DNA of 64,000 bases. It comes from Haliotis cracherodii (taxonomy: Eukaryota). The notes under the pieces were generated by a model that saw only the letters and a program-made list of their open reading frames with translations, did not search any database and was not told where the DNA came from. The position numbers were made by a program, and so were the translations under genes. The stretch covers positions 30,690,001 through 30,754,000 of the forward strand of contig NW_027266271.1 in assembly GCF_022045235.1 (NCBI RefSeq). Reading direction: 5' to 3'. Positions 26,515 to 37,302 of this stretch are shown piece after piece. Position 1 is the first letter of the stretch; each line of letters starts with the position of its first letter.

Positions 26515-27399
26515 ACTTGGTTTTGGTGACCTGATGTTTTTCACCCTTGTTTAAAGGTGCAAAGGTTTTTATTCTCTTAAGATCACCCACCGTGGTACAA
26601 GAGTACCAAATCATAGACAAATGTTCTTTCTTCAACAAATTTATCACACTTATATGTTATCATGAACAAATTACTTGGCTTAATAAATACATATCAAGAT
26701 AGCAAGATGCTGACCTCACTTAGCAGGATGCTAATGAATCGTGTTAGATCTTAAAGTTTTTTCATGTTTCTTGTAATTAGAAGATTCCCTAGTTAATGAA
26801 AGTTAGGAAGTGCATAATATTCAGGTAGAGTGAACAATTATATATATATTTAAACATTTCTGACTTTCATCATCTTCCTTTGATCAAGAAATACAATGTT
26901 ACTCAAAGGACAACCCTTCTCATCTACTATATTGCCTTCATACAGTAGCTGCAGTTGCAGCATTCTGTGGCTGACTGTAGTCTTTCTTTGATAAGCACAG
27001 ATGTGAAATAGTCTTTCAAGATGTTTTGCTAGCTTGCCCTTGTGGCTTAAATGAGTCCTGATAGTAAAAGTCTGGTTGGCTCAGCTCTTGTGGAGATAAT
27101 TACAGCCATCCACAGTACAGAGAATATAGACCCCATTGGTACATTTAGTAACCACCCCCACAGATACGTGGACACCCACACAACACAGAGAATGTACACC
27201 CCCTCGGTACATTTAGTAACCACCCCCACAGACCATGTTGAAATCTGACCTTGTCAGATTACATTTTCATACATTTGGTATTTATTCTGACTGTTTAATT
27301 ATTTATTGTGTGGTTCATTACAAAATTCTGTCTACATGCAATTAATGCATTTTGATTCTTTGTCAGTTTCTTTCATAGTTTGCATGAACAGTCAAAGCG

Positions 27400-27800
27400 G
27401 ATTGTGTTGAACTGGAATGTACTGTACCTTCTTTTCTTTGTCCAGAAAGTCGTGCTGTGTTACAATTCAGGGGTAGCAATTTGTCTGGAATGTTCTGGTA
27501 CGTTGAAGTTAATCAACCGTCCCTCAGGTTCGTTACTTACCTGCATGGGTAGAGACAGTAATGGCATTACAACACAGGCAGCATCGGCTGTAGACGTCAG
27601 TCACCGAAAGATTGTTTTCTACTTCCGTGATGTTTGCCATGATTTCCTGTATATCCTTTCCATTACATTTCACCATCTGCGGACCACAGACCCGGGCCAC
27701 TTCAGGGATGATTTTTGGCTTGTTTCCATTCCAAGGAGGCATGGAGTCTGACGGCGGCAAAACTGATGGACCTGTTTTTTGGCTTTTGACATCTTGCCTG
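27400..27800 (-). pseudogene. Possible I-group LINE remnant (PPW...RNase H start)
   Basis: ORF 27533-27760(-) 'MPPWNGNKPKI...VTDVY' followed by a frameshifted D resembles the PPW..P.....(I/V)YTDGS region of I/Nimb LINEs. Confidence 0.35.
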
Positions 27801-27814
27801 CCCTTTGATGGACA

Positions 27815-27936
27815 AGAACATCACAGTGGATCCCTCGGACTGTTGCCCCTGTTGAAGAACTTGGTGCCAGACATGAACATCACAGTGGATCCCTCGGACT
27901 GTTGCCCCTGTTGAAGAACTTGGTGCCAGACATGAA
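27815..27936. repeat. 59-bp perfect tandem duplication
   Basis: GAACATCACAGTGGATCCCTCGGACTGTTGCCCCTGTTGAAGAACTTGGTGCCAGACAT x2. Confidence 0.92.
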
Positions 27937-28175
27937 ATTGCTCTTATGACATAAGCTGAAATAAATTGGCAGTGCCAAGGGGGACGGGATGAGGTTCGGT
28001 GCATGGACAATGTCCATGATGCACTCTCGAACTTACTTGTCGCTTCTGGGAGTTTTTATGGCTTGACGACTTTTTGTAATGCTTAAAAATAGATTTGTAT
28101 GTCTCGTTTGTGTTTATGGTGTTGTATGTATGTAATGTTCTGGAACATTGCTGAATCGAAATAGTTTGTCAGGTG

Positions 28176-28417
28176 GTGGATGTAACAATATATAGTCTAG
28201 TGCTGGATATAAGGATATATTGTCTAGAGCTGGATATAAGGATATATTGTCTAGTGCTGGATATAAGGATATATTGTCAACTGGTGGATAGAAGAATATT
28301 TTGTCAGCTGGGGGATATAAGAATATTTTGTCGGCTGGGGGAATATAAGAATATATTGTTGGCTGGGGGATATAAGAATATATTGTCGGCTGGGGGAATA
28401 CAAGAATATATTGTCAT
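28176..28417. repeat. ~27-bp degenerate minisatellite
   Basis: Unit ~CTGGATATAAGGATATATTGTCTAGTG; LDIRIYC repeats in ORF 28173-28421. Confidence 0.88.
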
Positions 28418-28467
28418 ATGACTAGTGAGTCCAAACATTTACCTGCAAATACCAGCCAGCATTGGTA

Positions 28468-28506
<39 letters not shown>

Positions 28507-29150
28507 GTTTATTCTGTGTCCACAGCTTCTGGCCCATAACACAAAAGGATACAGGATAAATGTCATGCATACAAGGCTGTATTGTTATCTAGGAACGTCT
28601 AGATAGTTTGTACATTAAACGTTGTTAGAGAGACAGATTTTTGAAACTTTTGATATAACTAGGCCAGTACATTTATGGGTTCTTGTGCAATCAGTGGACA
28701 TCAGAGATTAAACTCCACAGCTGTGTGGGGTGGGTTGGTAAACGCAGACTTCATCAAAACATGCCTTCCTTGCCTTATTGTGTTCATCACACAGTAATAA
28801 CACGTGGTAGTCCTCCTCCATAAGTTGACAGTCTCAGCTTGGCAGTACTGGCATGATCGCTCTTCACGTGGGGTGTTCCAGTGTCGTCCACATTCAGTTG
28901 CTAGTCTAAAGTTGTTACATCTCAATCTGGAGATAAACCTTCTAATATTCAGTAGGAGTTCAGCTTATGATAAGTATCTCTCAACATTGTTTAAGGACTT
29001 ACTGTGAGTAGTATTGACATTTAGGTGACGTTTCCAGCGATAGATGCCAATTTTGGTAAAACGTAGGACTTCAGTTGAAGCAAGTTGGTTATGGTTCTGC
29101 TGGTATGTCTATTCTAAACATACGGTTTAAGAGCTTGATGTGTCATGAAC
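28468..29150 (-). mobile_element. 3' end of a LINE (L2/RTE-X-like ORF2 C-terminal Cys region) with AATAAA + (TCTG)n tail
   Basis: ORF 28701-28925(-) 'RCNNFRLATECGRHWNTPREERSCQYC' matches the R..N..L..E.GR....REER.C..C motif at LINE ORF2 C-termini; minus strand ends GAATAAAAC(TCTG)n = (GACA)n at 28468-28506. Confidence 0.75.
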
Positions 29151-29369
29151 ACACAGTGCCATTTAGAAAGTGGTCAAATGTAACAAATGTTATATTTGGG
29201 ACAACACTTTCTAAATAAAGTACAGATTCTAGCACTTTTGGGGGTTCATGAAGGTGTTGGATTAAACATATTTCAAGCAGATCATTCATCTGTATGATGT
29301 AAATATGACACCTTTAATTGCAGATATAATTATATCAGTATTAGTTTAAAAAAAATAATTCAATTTAGA

Positions 29370-29700
29370 GGACCACCTTTGGTTGGTTGTTTGATCCTCG
29401 GCCATTTGTTCGATCCTCAGCCATGTCCTACCAACAGACATTAAAAGATGGAACTTCTATTTCCCATGCCTAGCACTCGGTATTATGGGGTTAAAACAAG
29501 GCCAGGGCCCTGTTCCACAAAGTGATCTTAGCGCTAAGATGATCGTAACTCCCATACTTTAATATACGCTTACAACAATCATAGCGCTAAGATCGCTTTG
29601 TGGAACGGGCCCCTGGAGTGTCACTCACGCATGCTTGCATGTTGCTATAAAAGTACAATAATCTTGAACGTGACGTTAAACCCTTTTTCACCTCACCTTC
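29370..29700 (+). mobile_element. SINE family D (Meta-domain type), interrupted by a MITE
   Basis: GTTCGATCC..ACC..CAGACATTAAAAGATGG..GCCTAGCACTCGG.ATTA.GGG; tail AATAATCTTG..CGTTAAACCC..TTCACCTCACCT. Confidence 0.7.
29506..29612. mobile_element. Harbinger/Tourist-type MITE, copy 2 (nested in a SINE)
   Basis: TIRs GGCCCTGTTCCACAAAG / CTTTGTGGAACGGGCCC; flanks CAG and CTG (both CWG); internal palindrome ATCTTAGCGCTAAGAT. Confidence 0.8.
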
Positions 29701-30478
29701 AAATTAGGACATTCCAAGTTTGACGCTGGGAATTGGTAAGCTTTTCCATACCAATACAATGATACAATTCTTTTATGTCACGAGAACTCACTTGTATTTT
29801 GTGGAAGAATATTGTTTGAAACGAACGACCTGACATATATTTAGATGGGAATTGATCATTACAAGACGCTCTCATAATGACTGGTTTCCTAATTAAATTA
29901 TACCAAGGCAGGTGATAGAACTGGCTTGAAACAACATTTGGTCTGGAAGAACCACATTGTGCTGAGTGATGTGTCTTGAGACAAGCTCATTGGGCTCCTT
30001 AATACCTCACAAGTGAGGGTTCTCTGGGGAATACCCGCAGCATGGTGGGGTGAGGAGGGGGTTGGTTGTGTATGTCTGTACTGTAGCCTGTTGTTCTGCC
30101 CATGGCTCTCTCTTGACACATAGGTACAACCTGGCCGCCTGCCTGGCAGTCCTGTCAGGTTGGCACCCAACAAGCAGCCAGCTCAAAGGTTAACATATCA
30201 CTCGGATGGCGTACAAATACACCAAACTTGCCATTTTTTATGCACATTTGTTTCTTGACCTTTTGTAGTTGCACTTAAAGCTGATGGAGGTGAAACAGGG
30301 GCCTGGTCTGTTGAGAGAAGCAGAGTAATGAGATACGGACCGTATCAACCTCTTGGTCATTATGTTCATTTTAGACTGTATATGAGCTTGACCTGTAATC
30401 TGAGCATGAAGTAAAGACCTTGCATCAGTCCTAGCATCCTGGCATTCATGGGATCACCAAGCAATCCATCAAATTTGC

Positions 30479-30645
30479 GGGGCAGTCGGGTAGCCTAGTG
30501 GTTAAAGCATTAGCTCATCAGGACGAAGATCCGCATTTGATTGCTGACATGGGTACAATGTGTTTAGCCAATTTCTGGTGTCCCCCACCGTGATATTGCT
30601 GGAATATTGCTAAAAGTGACGTAAAACCAAACTCACTCACTCACT
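30479..30645 (+). mobile_element. SINE family A
   Basis: GGGCAGTCGGGTAGCCTAGTGGTTAAAGC...ACATGGGTACAATGTGT...GATATTGCTGGAATATTGCTAAAAG..GTAAAAC(CACT)n. Confidence 0.88.
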
Positions 30646-32194
30646 TAAGCACTTCACGCACGATAAAGAAACTTCTCTCAGTGTTCATACAGTCAATGAC
30701 TTAATCATGTCAGAGTGACTTGCTGCTCATGCCGGTATAAGCAATGGTCAACAGTTGTTTTCCTAAGGGTCAACTCCTCTTTGTAATTTGAATTTATCAG
30801 CCAAAAGAAATCTAATTACGCCTAGAGATAGCTCCTGTCTCTAACGTGATGGGCTTTAACTAGATAGAGCACTGTTGACTGTCTGAGCTCCATATTGTGG
30901 AGCTGCAGTGACACTCTATATACATCTCAGACTCTTGCGCTTTTTCTCAAGACATGTTCACTTAGTATGCTTTTCGGTTTTCACATTGAAGAGTTTCGGA
31001 TGATAGTGTTCTCAGTAAGGACTACAATTGTCTGGCGACAAACTTCTCAGCGCGCTCCGCCAAGACCAATTTATAACAAAAACTATGAGGGTTATAGGTC
31101 TGGGGCAATAATGTGTGGAGATGGAGCAGGGTCCAGGCAAGGTGTTCTTTACATATTGATTAAATGACCAACCCAATGAGCATTGTTTATTGGAGCAATT
31201 TAGTGAGGATGGGGCCGGTTTGTCCATGAACAGTATTTAAGTGGTAATGTACGAAATGGGTGATAAATAGTATTGCCTAATGTGGTAAATTGATGCAATG
31301 GTTGCGAGACAATTGCACGTTGGCCTGCGTGGAAGCTGTTGGACTGTTTGAGCTGTTGTTGTTTTATGGTGATTAATACGAGATAATGTTCTGTCTTCAT
31401 TTCCTGGGATTGCTTGCGACAGAGCCATTTTGCTGGTGCATGCTGGGAGTATGGCTGCCAATAGCAACTTTACATTCATGGCGAACTCGGCTAGAAAGTT
31501 AAAACACTTCTTTCCTATTTTGTTCAATTACTGAACTTAAATATTTCCTCTTTGGTAATACGCGTTCATTTTCTGTCAAGGTGGAAATTGTTAAGAGTTT
31601 CATGAACTTTATGACCTGTTTAATAAGATTTTTTTTGGAACAAATGTTTTTTGGTATTAGAAAAAATTCTTGGCAGTTTGACATTGAATGTCTGGAGAGG
31701 GCCTACTTCAGATTGTTTACCAAATCTCGAATTGATGGTTTAAGTGTTACTGGTGTATATTTAAACAAAATTTAAAAAAAAGAGAGAAGCTATTAGCAAC
31801 ATATATTACAGCATAACTTTTCAATTCAGAAATGAACCAGTTTCTGTCCTGATGATGTTTGTACAATCTTGCATCAGCTCATGTCAGTAGCTTAGTACAG
31901 AAACCAGCCTGATAGTCAGTGACATCCATGACCTTTGAGGAGCACAGATTCTACAACATTCACTGAATGTGTAATAGATATGACCATGTCGGACAGTCGT
32001 GTGGAAAATATTAACAGGAGATAATCTGGTCCTCTCTACTTGTGGCTGTCACTGTGTCTGTGTATTAAACATATTTATCCAACGCTTGTGTGATACAGCA
32101 ACAGGTGTTTCCAGTCAAGTCTGTTCTCTGACACCTAGAAAAGGTTAAATGAAGACACCTAATCATTTTGTCTATTATTTCTGTGCTTGTGGAC

Positions 32195-32468
32195 AAAACA
32201 GATAGTTCTATACTGCTTGGCTGATTTAGCAGTAAACACAGTTCTATATTGGTTGGCTGATTTAGCACTAAAACAGTTCTATAACTGTGCTTGGCAGATT
32301 TAGCAGTAAACACTGTTCTATATTGGTTGGCAGATTTAGCACTATAACAGTTCTATAACTGTGCTTGGCAGATTTAGCAGTAAACATAGTTTTAGAGTGC
32401 TTGGCAGATTTAGCAGTAAACACAGTTCTTTATTGTTAGGCAGATTTAGCAGTAAAACCGTTCTATAA
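32195..32468. repeat. ~35-38-bp degenerate minisatellite
   Basis: Repeated TTGGCWGATTTAGCASTAAAMACAGTTCTATA. Confidence 0.85.
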
Positions 32469-33015
32469 TACAGAAAACTAGAAGAAGCAGTTGAAATCAA
32501 TCACCCATTAACCATTGTTGTTTTTGTTAATCCCTATCAAGTATACGCTCCTGCTGGTTTTGGTAATCCTTATTAGATGTATTTAACCCTGTATTGTGCT
32601 GTATTGCTTCCCCCCTGCTTCACAACGGTATGAGGAGCTATACCAACACGTCGCATCATAATAAATAAAGAAGTACAAAATATATTTGATAAAAAAATAA
32701 TCTTGTCTTCACCCTATATTGTTTTGCTGATTTAACGGATTACCATGTGTGTACCTATCTTCATCTATGCAACATGCAGATGAAGCTCTGGCAGCCAATC
32801 AGGGGTATATTTGTCCCGTGTTGTGCTGTCATGACGACAGAAACTTGTTGTAACGAACATTTCCAATTATCAGTGACACACAACTCATGCATAGATAAGA
32901 GAAAGTTACCACATATTGATATTTTATTTTTTCAATGGGAATTTTGAGAGAATTGTTATCACAAAAGGCCTTGTGAGTGAGTGCTCGGCGAGTTGAGACA
33001 GGGTTGCGATGAACT

Positions 33016-33110
33016 TCTTGTGATCATTATGAATCATTGCACACTTGTGATCATTATGAATCATTGCACACTTGTGATCATTATGAATCATTGCACACTT
33101 GTGATCATGA
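33016..33110. repeat. 27-bp tandem repeat, ~3.5 copies
   Basis: CTTGTGATCATTATGAATCATTGCACA. Confidence 0.9.
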
Positions 33111-33119
33111 CACTTGGGA

Positions 33120-34200
33120 CTTTTATGTTAGGCATAGGGAAGACTATTGTGGAATATCCATTACAGAATGTGGACTTTGTTCAGTCACCACACAAGAGGG
33201 AGGCCAGCATTGCAATTCCTCATTACTTGCTCTCCCGAGAAGCAGAAAACAAATCTGTACTGCAGCACTTTCGGGAGACCGATCCATTTAATTACCCGAC
33301 TCTGTATCAACAATGTAATACTGCACAGATGGACAAGCCTTGGTTGTGGCTGCATCCAGACCAACTTTTGGAGGGGGAGCGGGAGACATAATTATAATCA
33401 ATACAAGACAAGTGTAACCGTTTGATTGTGTCGGAATGGGGCCAAGACCACTCGCATTAGCATTGCTGGAGATGCAAGAGCAATTAGGTTTGGGTTATGA
33501 ACTTTTATTCCATCCAAATGGTCAATGGATATGGGAATGTTGACGATCCATGGAGATTGGAGTTTCTGGGCTCGGTGAATATTAGTGTATTTACATGACT
33601 TGTCATCCATTGATGTTCACGTCTGGTAACCAATACCCAGTTGATCAAAACTCTGGAATTGTTGGCAAGAGGCGCCTGATATATTCGACTGATGTGACCT
33701 GTGAACCAGCAACTCCAAGATGCTCCAGATAGGAAACAAAGGCACCATTCTGCTGCCACATAAAATTCTTTGTCCTCGGTCTGGGTAATCGTTTTTGGCA
33801 AAATCAGCCATGATTCATCACTCTGATCTTAACCTTTCCCCATAAAATAGCTACTGCCCCCAAAGACTGTCTTTATCCCCAGTCGTGGGGAAGGCATTGT
33901 GAACTGCCCAAGTCAGGGGGGATTTTGTTGTTTTTAGTGATCAATTGATGGCCCATATGTGCAAGAGAAATTGTATTATTCTTTGAAGTGCCTGGGTCTG
34001 TGTTTGGTGTTGGTGGTAGTGCTTTGAGCACAAAGGATGAGCCATTATCCAGACTGGATGCAACAAAACATGCTTTTGAAAACATTTAAGTTGACAAAGC
34101 AAAACCTTAGTGGCAACATGTGCCATTGAATGGAACATTTGAGTAACTGATTTTAGACCCAAGACTTTTTATCATTGTTTACCTCACATTTATTGATGTT
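33120..34200 (-). pseudogene. Decayed I-group (RNase H-containing) LINE ORF2 remnant
   Basis: Ordered degenerate motifs on the minus strand: 'HDWG..DKDSL' (~33880), 'KIRVMNHG' for IRSKLDYG (~33815), 'QSPWIVNIP' (~33550), 'TDLFSAS' for SDSLSAL (~33250). Confidence 0.45.
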
Positions 34201-34504
34201 ACTGCTGGTAAATATTTTATGGGTTATTTTAAAAAATATCTTTTCCCATTTCATCAAACTGTTCTGTTATCCTGAAAGTCAACTTTCATGATTTTGTTTT
34301 AATCTGTGTTCTTCATTCAGGGCAAATGAGACCTGTTTTAATCATCATTCACAAATTAGAAAGTTGCTATGTTTGGACCTGATTCTGTCCATTGTTGATC
34401 GATGCTTTCACTGCAACCCACTGGCTTGTCTCTAAACATGGTCGCCAATATCTTCTGCGTTTGCTTATCTCCATGTGTACTTTTCACAAGTATGTATATA
34501 ATTG

Positions 34505-34675
34505 TAGTGTGGGTTGGTGGCCTAGTGGACAGAGTGGTCACTCCCATGTCCAAGGCCTGGGTTCCATTCCTAAAAGCTGTGCAATATGTGAAGTCCATTC
34601 TGGTGTTGTCTTCCATGACAGCAGGAATGTTGCGATGAACACATTAATACCAAAATAACTCCCTCCCTGCCTCAC
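34505..34675 (+). mobile_element. SINE family A, old diverged copy
   Basis: GGTGGCCTAGTGG...GGGTTCCATTCC...CAATATGTGAAGTCCATTCTGGTGT. Confidence 0.65.
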
Positions 34676-35509
34676 CATTGTCGTGAGATTTACGCCCACT
34701 TCATTTTGCAACCCTCTTTAGATGATGAGTCTCTTGCAAATACACTACTGCGTGCTCCTGTTAATGTAACAAAACCAAAGAATATTTGCCAAATAATGAT
34801 ACCCAGGGCGACGAGTTGACGACAGTTGTAGAAATCTAATGTCTAAACCTGGCCTTCTTTTCTTGTCACTTACTTTCATCAAGTTTACCCTCACTAGAAC
34901 GAAGGCCCTCACTTATATTTACATAATAAGGAAATTCACTTTAGGGTCAGATTTTAATTTAAGTAACACCACAACAAGTGTTGAAGAGGCTCATGGGAAG
35001 TCTCCAAGCCATCGTCTGATTGGATGGGTTTTTGATAATGCTTGGTTCACAATAACCAACACAACTAGTATCTGATACTTTTTTTGCAATTCAGAACCAG
35101 TTTCTCGGGGGGGGGGAAGCTTGATATGTTTTTGATGGTGTGAGTGGGATCCTCCGCCATTACAAAATAAGTGTTGCAATGAAGTGATTTGGTTGCATTA
35201 TGACCTTTTAATATGTCACCATGTCCCGTGAGAGTTTTTAAAATTGTTTTAAGATTGAGGAATCATAATGGTTGGCTGTGTATTTAAACCTGGAACAAAT
35301 AGCCTGTCATTACAGAGTACCATATCAATGCCGTCAACTAGTCTGTATCATGCTAGCTCTTACCAGGGTCTGATGTTAAGCCTTTGATGCCTAGCTTGGT
35401 GAACATACTTGATTATGATACTCATTTTATGTGGGAAGAGGTATGATCTTTAAAGCTGGCAATTGTGGATTCATTGTGTTAAAGACCAAAAGGTAGTAAC
35501 ATTCAAGTA

Positions 35510-35862
35510 GGTGATATAAAGGCATATCAGTATGTCACCACAATGGTTCTCATGGCAGCATTTCTGTGCAGTTCATACAGAGGCGTATCAGTATGTCAGC
35601 ACAACGGTTCTCATGGCAGCATTTCTGTGCAGGTGATACAGAGGCGTATCACTATGTCACCACAACGGTTCTCATGGCAGCATTTCTGTGCAGTTGATAC
35701 AAAGGCGTATCAGTATGTCACCACAACGTTTCTCATGGCAGCATTTCTGTGCAGTTGATACAAAGGCGTATCAGTATGTCACCACAATGGTTCTCATGGC
35801 AGCATTTCTGTGCAGTTGATACAGAGGCGTATCAGTATGTCACCATAACGTTTCTCATGGCA
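35510..35862. repeat. 61-bp minisatellite, ~5.5 copies
   Basis: Unit GGCGTATCAGTATGTCACCACAACGGTTCTCATGGCAGCATTTCTGTGCAGTTGATACARA; period 61 (35521 to 35582). Confidence 0.95.
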
Positions 35863-36017
35863 GGGGGGTGGGGGGATGTGTGTTGGTTGGTACGGGTGTC
35901 CCACATATCCCACATGTCTAAGGAACTGCAAATCACTCATTTTGACAGTGAGAATAACTCTTTAATTTAATGATATCTAGAAAATGCCACCATCACTCAA
36001 ATCTTCCATTCCTCACA

Positions 36018-36290
36018 GACCGCCTCCCTGATCACTTGGTAGAGCATGAGCATCCAGCCAGAGAGTGGAAGGTCCGGGGTTTGATCCCCGGCCCTGTCAT
36101 ACCAGAAGACATTAAAAGATGGTACTTGTGACCCTACCTGACGCTCTGCATTAAGGGGCTAAAACTATAAATGGGCATCCGTTCGTAATAGTACAAGCAG
36201 CCACACACACAAGTGCATGCACGTCGCAATATAAGGGCAATAATCTTGGACGCGGCGTTAAACCCCATTTCACCTCATTTCTCCACTCAA
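36018..36290 (+). mobile_element. SINE family D (tRNA head + Meta-like domain; shorter than the 56101 copy)
   Basis: TGGTAGAGC..GGAAGGTCCGGGGTTTGATCCCC; GTCATACCAGAAGACATTAAAAGATGGTACTTG..CCTGACGCTCTGCATTAAGGG; tail GGCGTTAAACCCCATTTCACCTC. Confidence 0.8.
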
Positions 36291-36554
36291 AGTAGACTTG
36301 CTTGACAACGGTATAAGGACCAATACCAAAACGTCGCCTTTACAGTATTAAAGAAGTTGTAACCCATAAATTGTGTCTACTTTGTCATCCGTACTTCTAT
36401 GTAATGCCTATCGAACAATTCACCTCACTCACTCACGCACGCACGCACTCACTCACTCACTCACTCACTCAGACTTTCCAATTCTTCCATCTTCCCTTCA
36501 TGCAATTTGTTTATATTTTGCTGTATTTTGATAATGTTTTTCTTGTTATTGCAG

Positions 36555-36578
36555 AAGCTGTAGCCGGAGTCCCCCATG
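36555..36578 (+). CDS. Candidate 24-nt micro-exon of the LDLR-family gene, encoding xAVAGVPH(E)
   Basis: Acceptor TTTTTCTTGTTATTGCAG and consensus donor ATG|GTGAGT; length divisible by 3; in phase 1 the final G joins AA of exon 57472 to give GAA (Glu) in frame. Confidence 0.6.
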
Positions 36579-36920
36579 GTGAGTACAAACATGTAGTTCC
36601 TGACTAATATTGTACGTATATTAGATGGCATTGATTTGCTCGTATTTACAAGCATTATTGCACCGGGTCGTGTCCATCAGACCATTGATGAACTGCTGTA
36701 TCAGCATCATTGCCGGACAAATGAGCTATTTATACCACTTTAATCACGCTAATGTCGATGTTTTAATGAACCTGGCAAGGTCGATCTGGTGCATTGTAGG
36801 ACATATTGCCTTTTCATTAGTGAAGAATGATACATTTGTAAGTAGACTGATTTCACAAATGAGGGTCCCCTTAGTAACTGCATTCTCTGCCTTGATTCAT
36901 CATACAAGTATCACATCATT

Positions 36921-37040
36921 AGGGATGGCAGGGTAGCCTGGTGGTTAAAGTGTTTGCCCGTCATGCTGAAGACCCGGGTTCGATTTTCCACATGGTACAA
37001 TGTGTTAAGCCCATTTCTGGTGTCCCTGCCATGATATTGA
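36921..37040 (+). mobile_element. SINE family A, 3'-truncated
   Basis: GGGTAGCCTGGTGGTTAAAG..GCTGAAGACCCGGGTTCGATT..ACATGGTACAATGTGT..CCCATTTCTGGTGTCCC. Confidence 0.8.
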
Positions 37041-37147
37041 AATTCGTTAGTAAATGTTAATTTTTGGGACAAGAATGCAGCCTTATTTTGTCTCTTGCAA
37101 CTAGGTTTTCATGTCGACATGCACCTGGTACAACCTAAATATAGTTC

Positions 37148-37302
37148 CTAGGGAGCAAGGTGGTTGAAGCCTTCGCTCGTCATGCAGAAGGCCCAGGTAA
37201 TCTCCCCCACATGGGAAGACCTTTACTGGTGTCCTCACCATGATATTGTTGGAATATTGCTAAAAGAAGCGTAAAACAGTACTCACTCACTCACTCATTC
37301 AC
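37148..37302 (+). mobile_element. SINE family A, diverged
   Basis: GTGGTTGAAGC..CTGGTGTCC..GATATTGTTGGAATATTGCTAAAAG..GTAAAAC(CACT)n. Confidence 0.75.
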
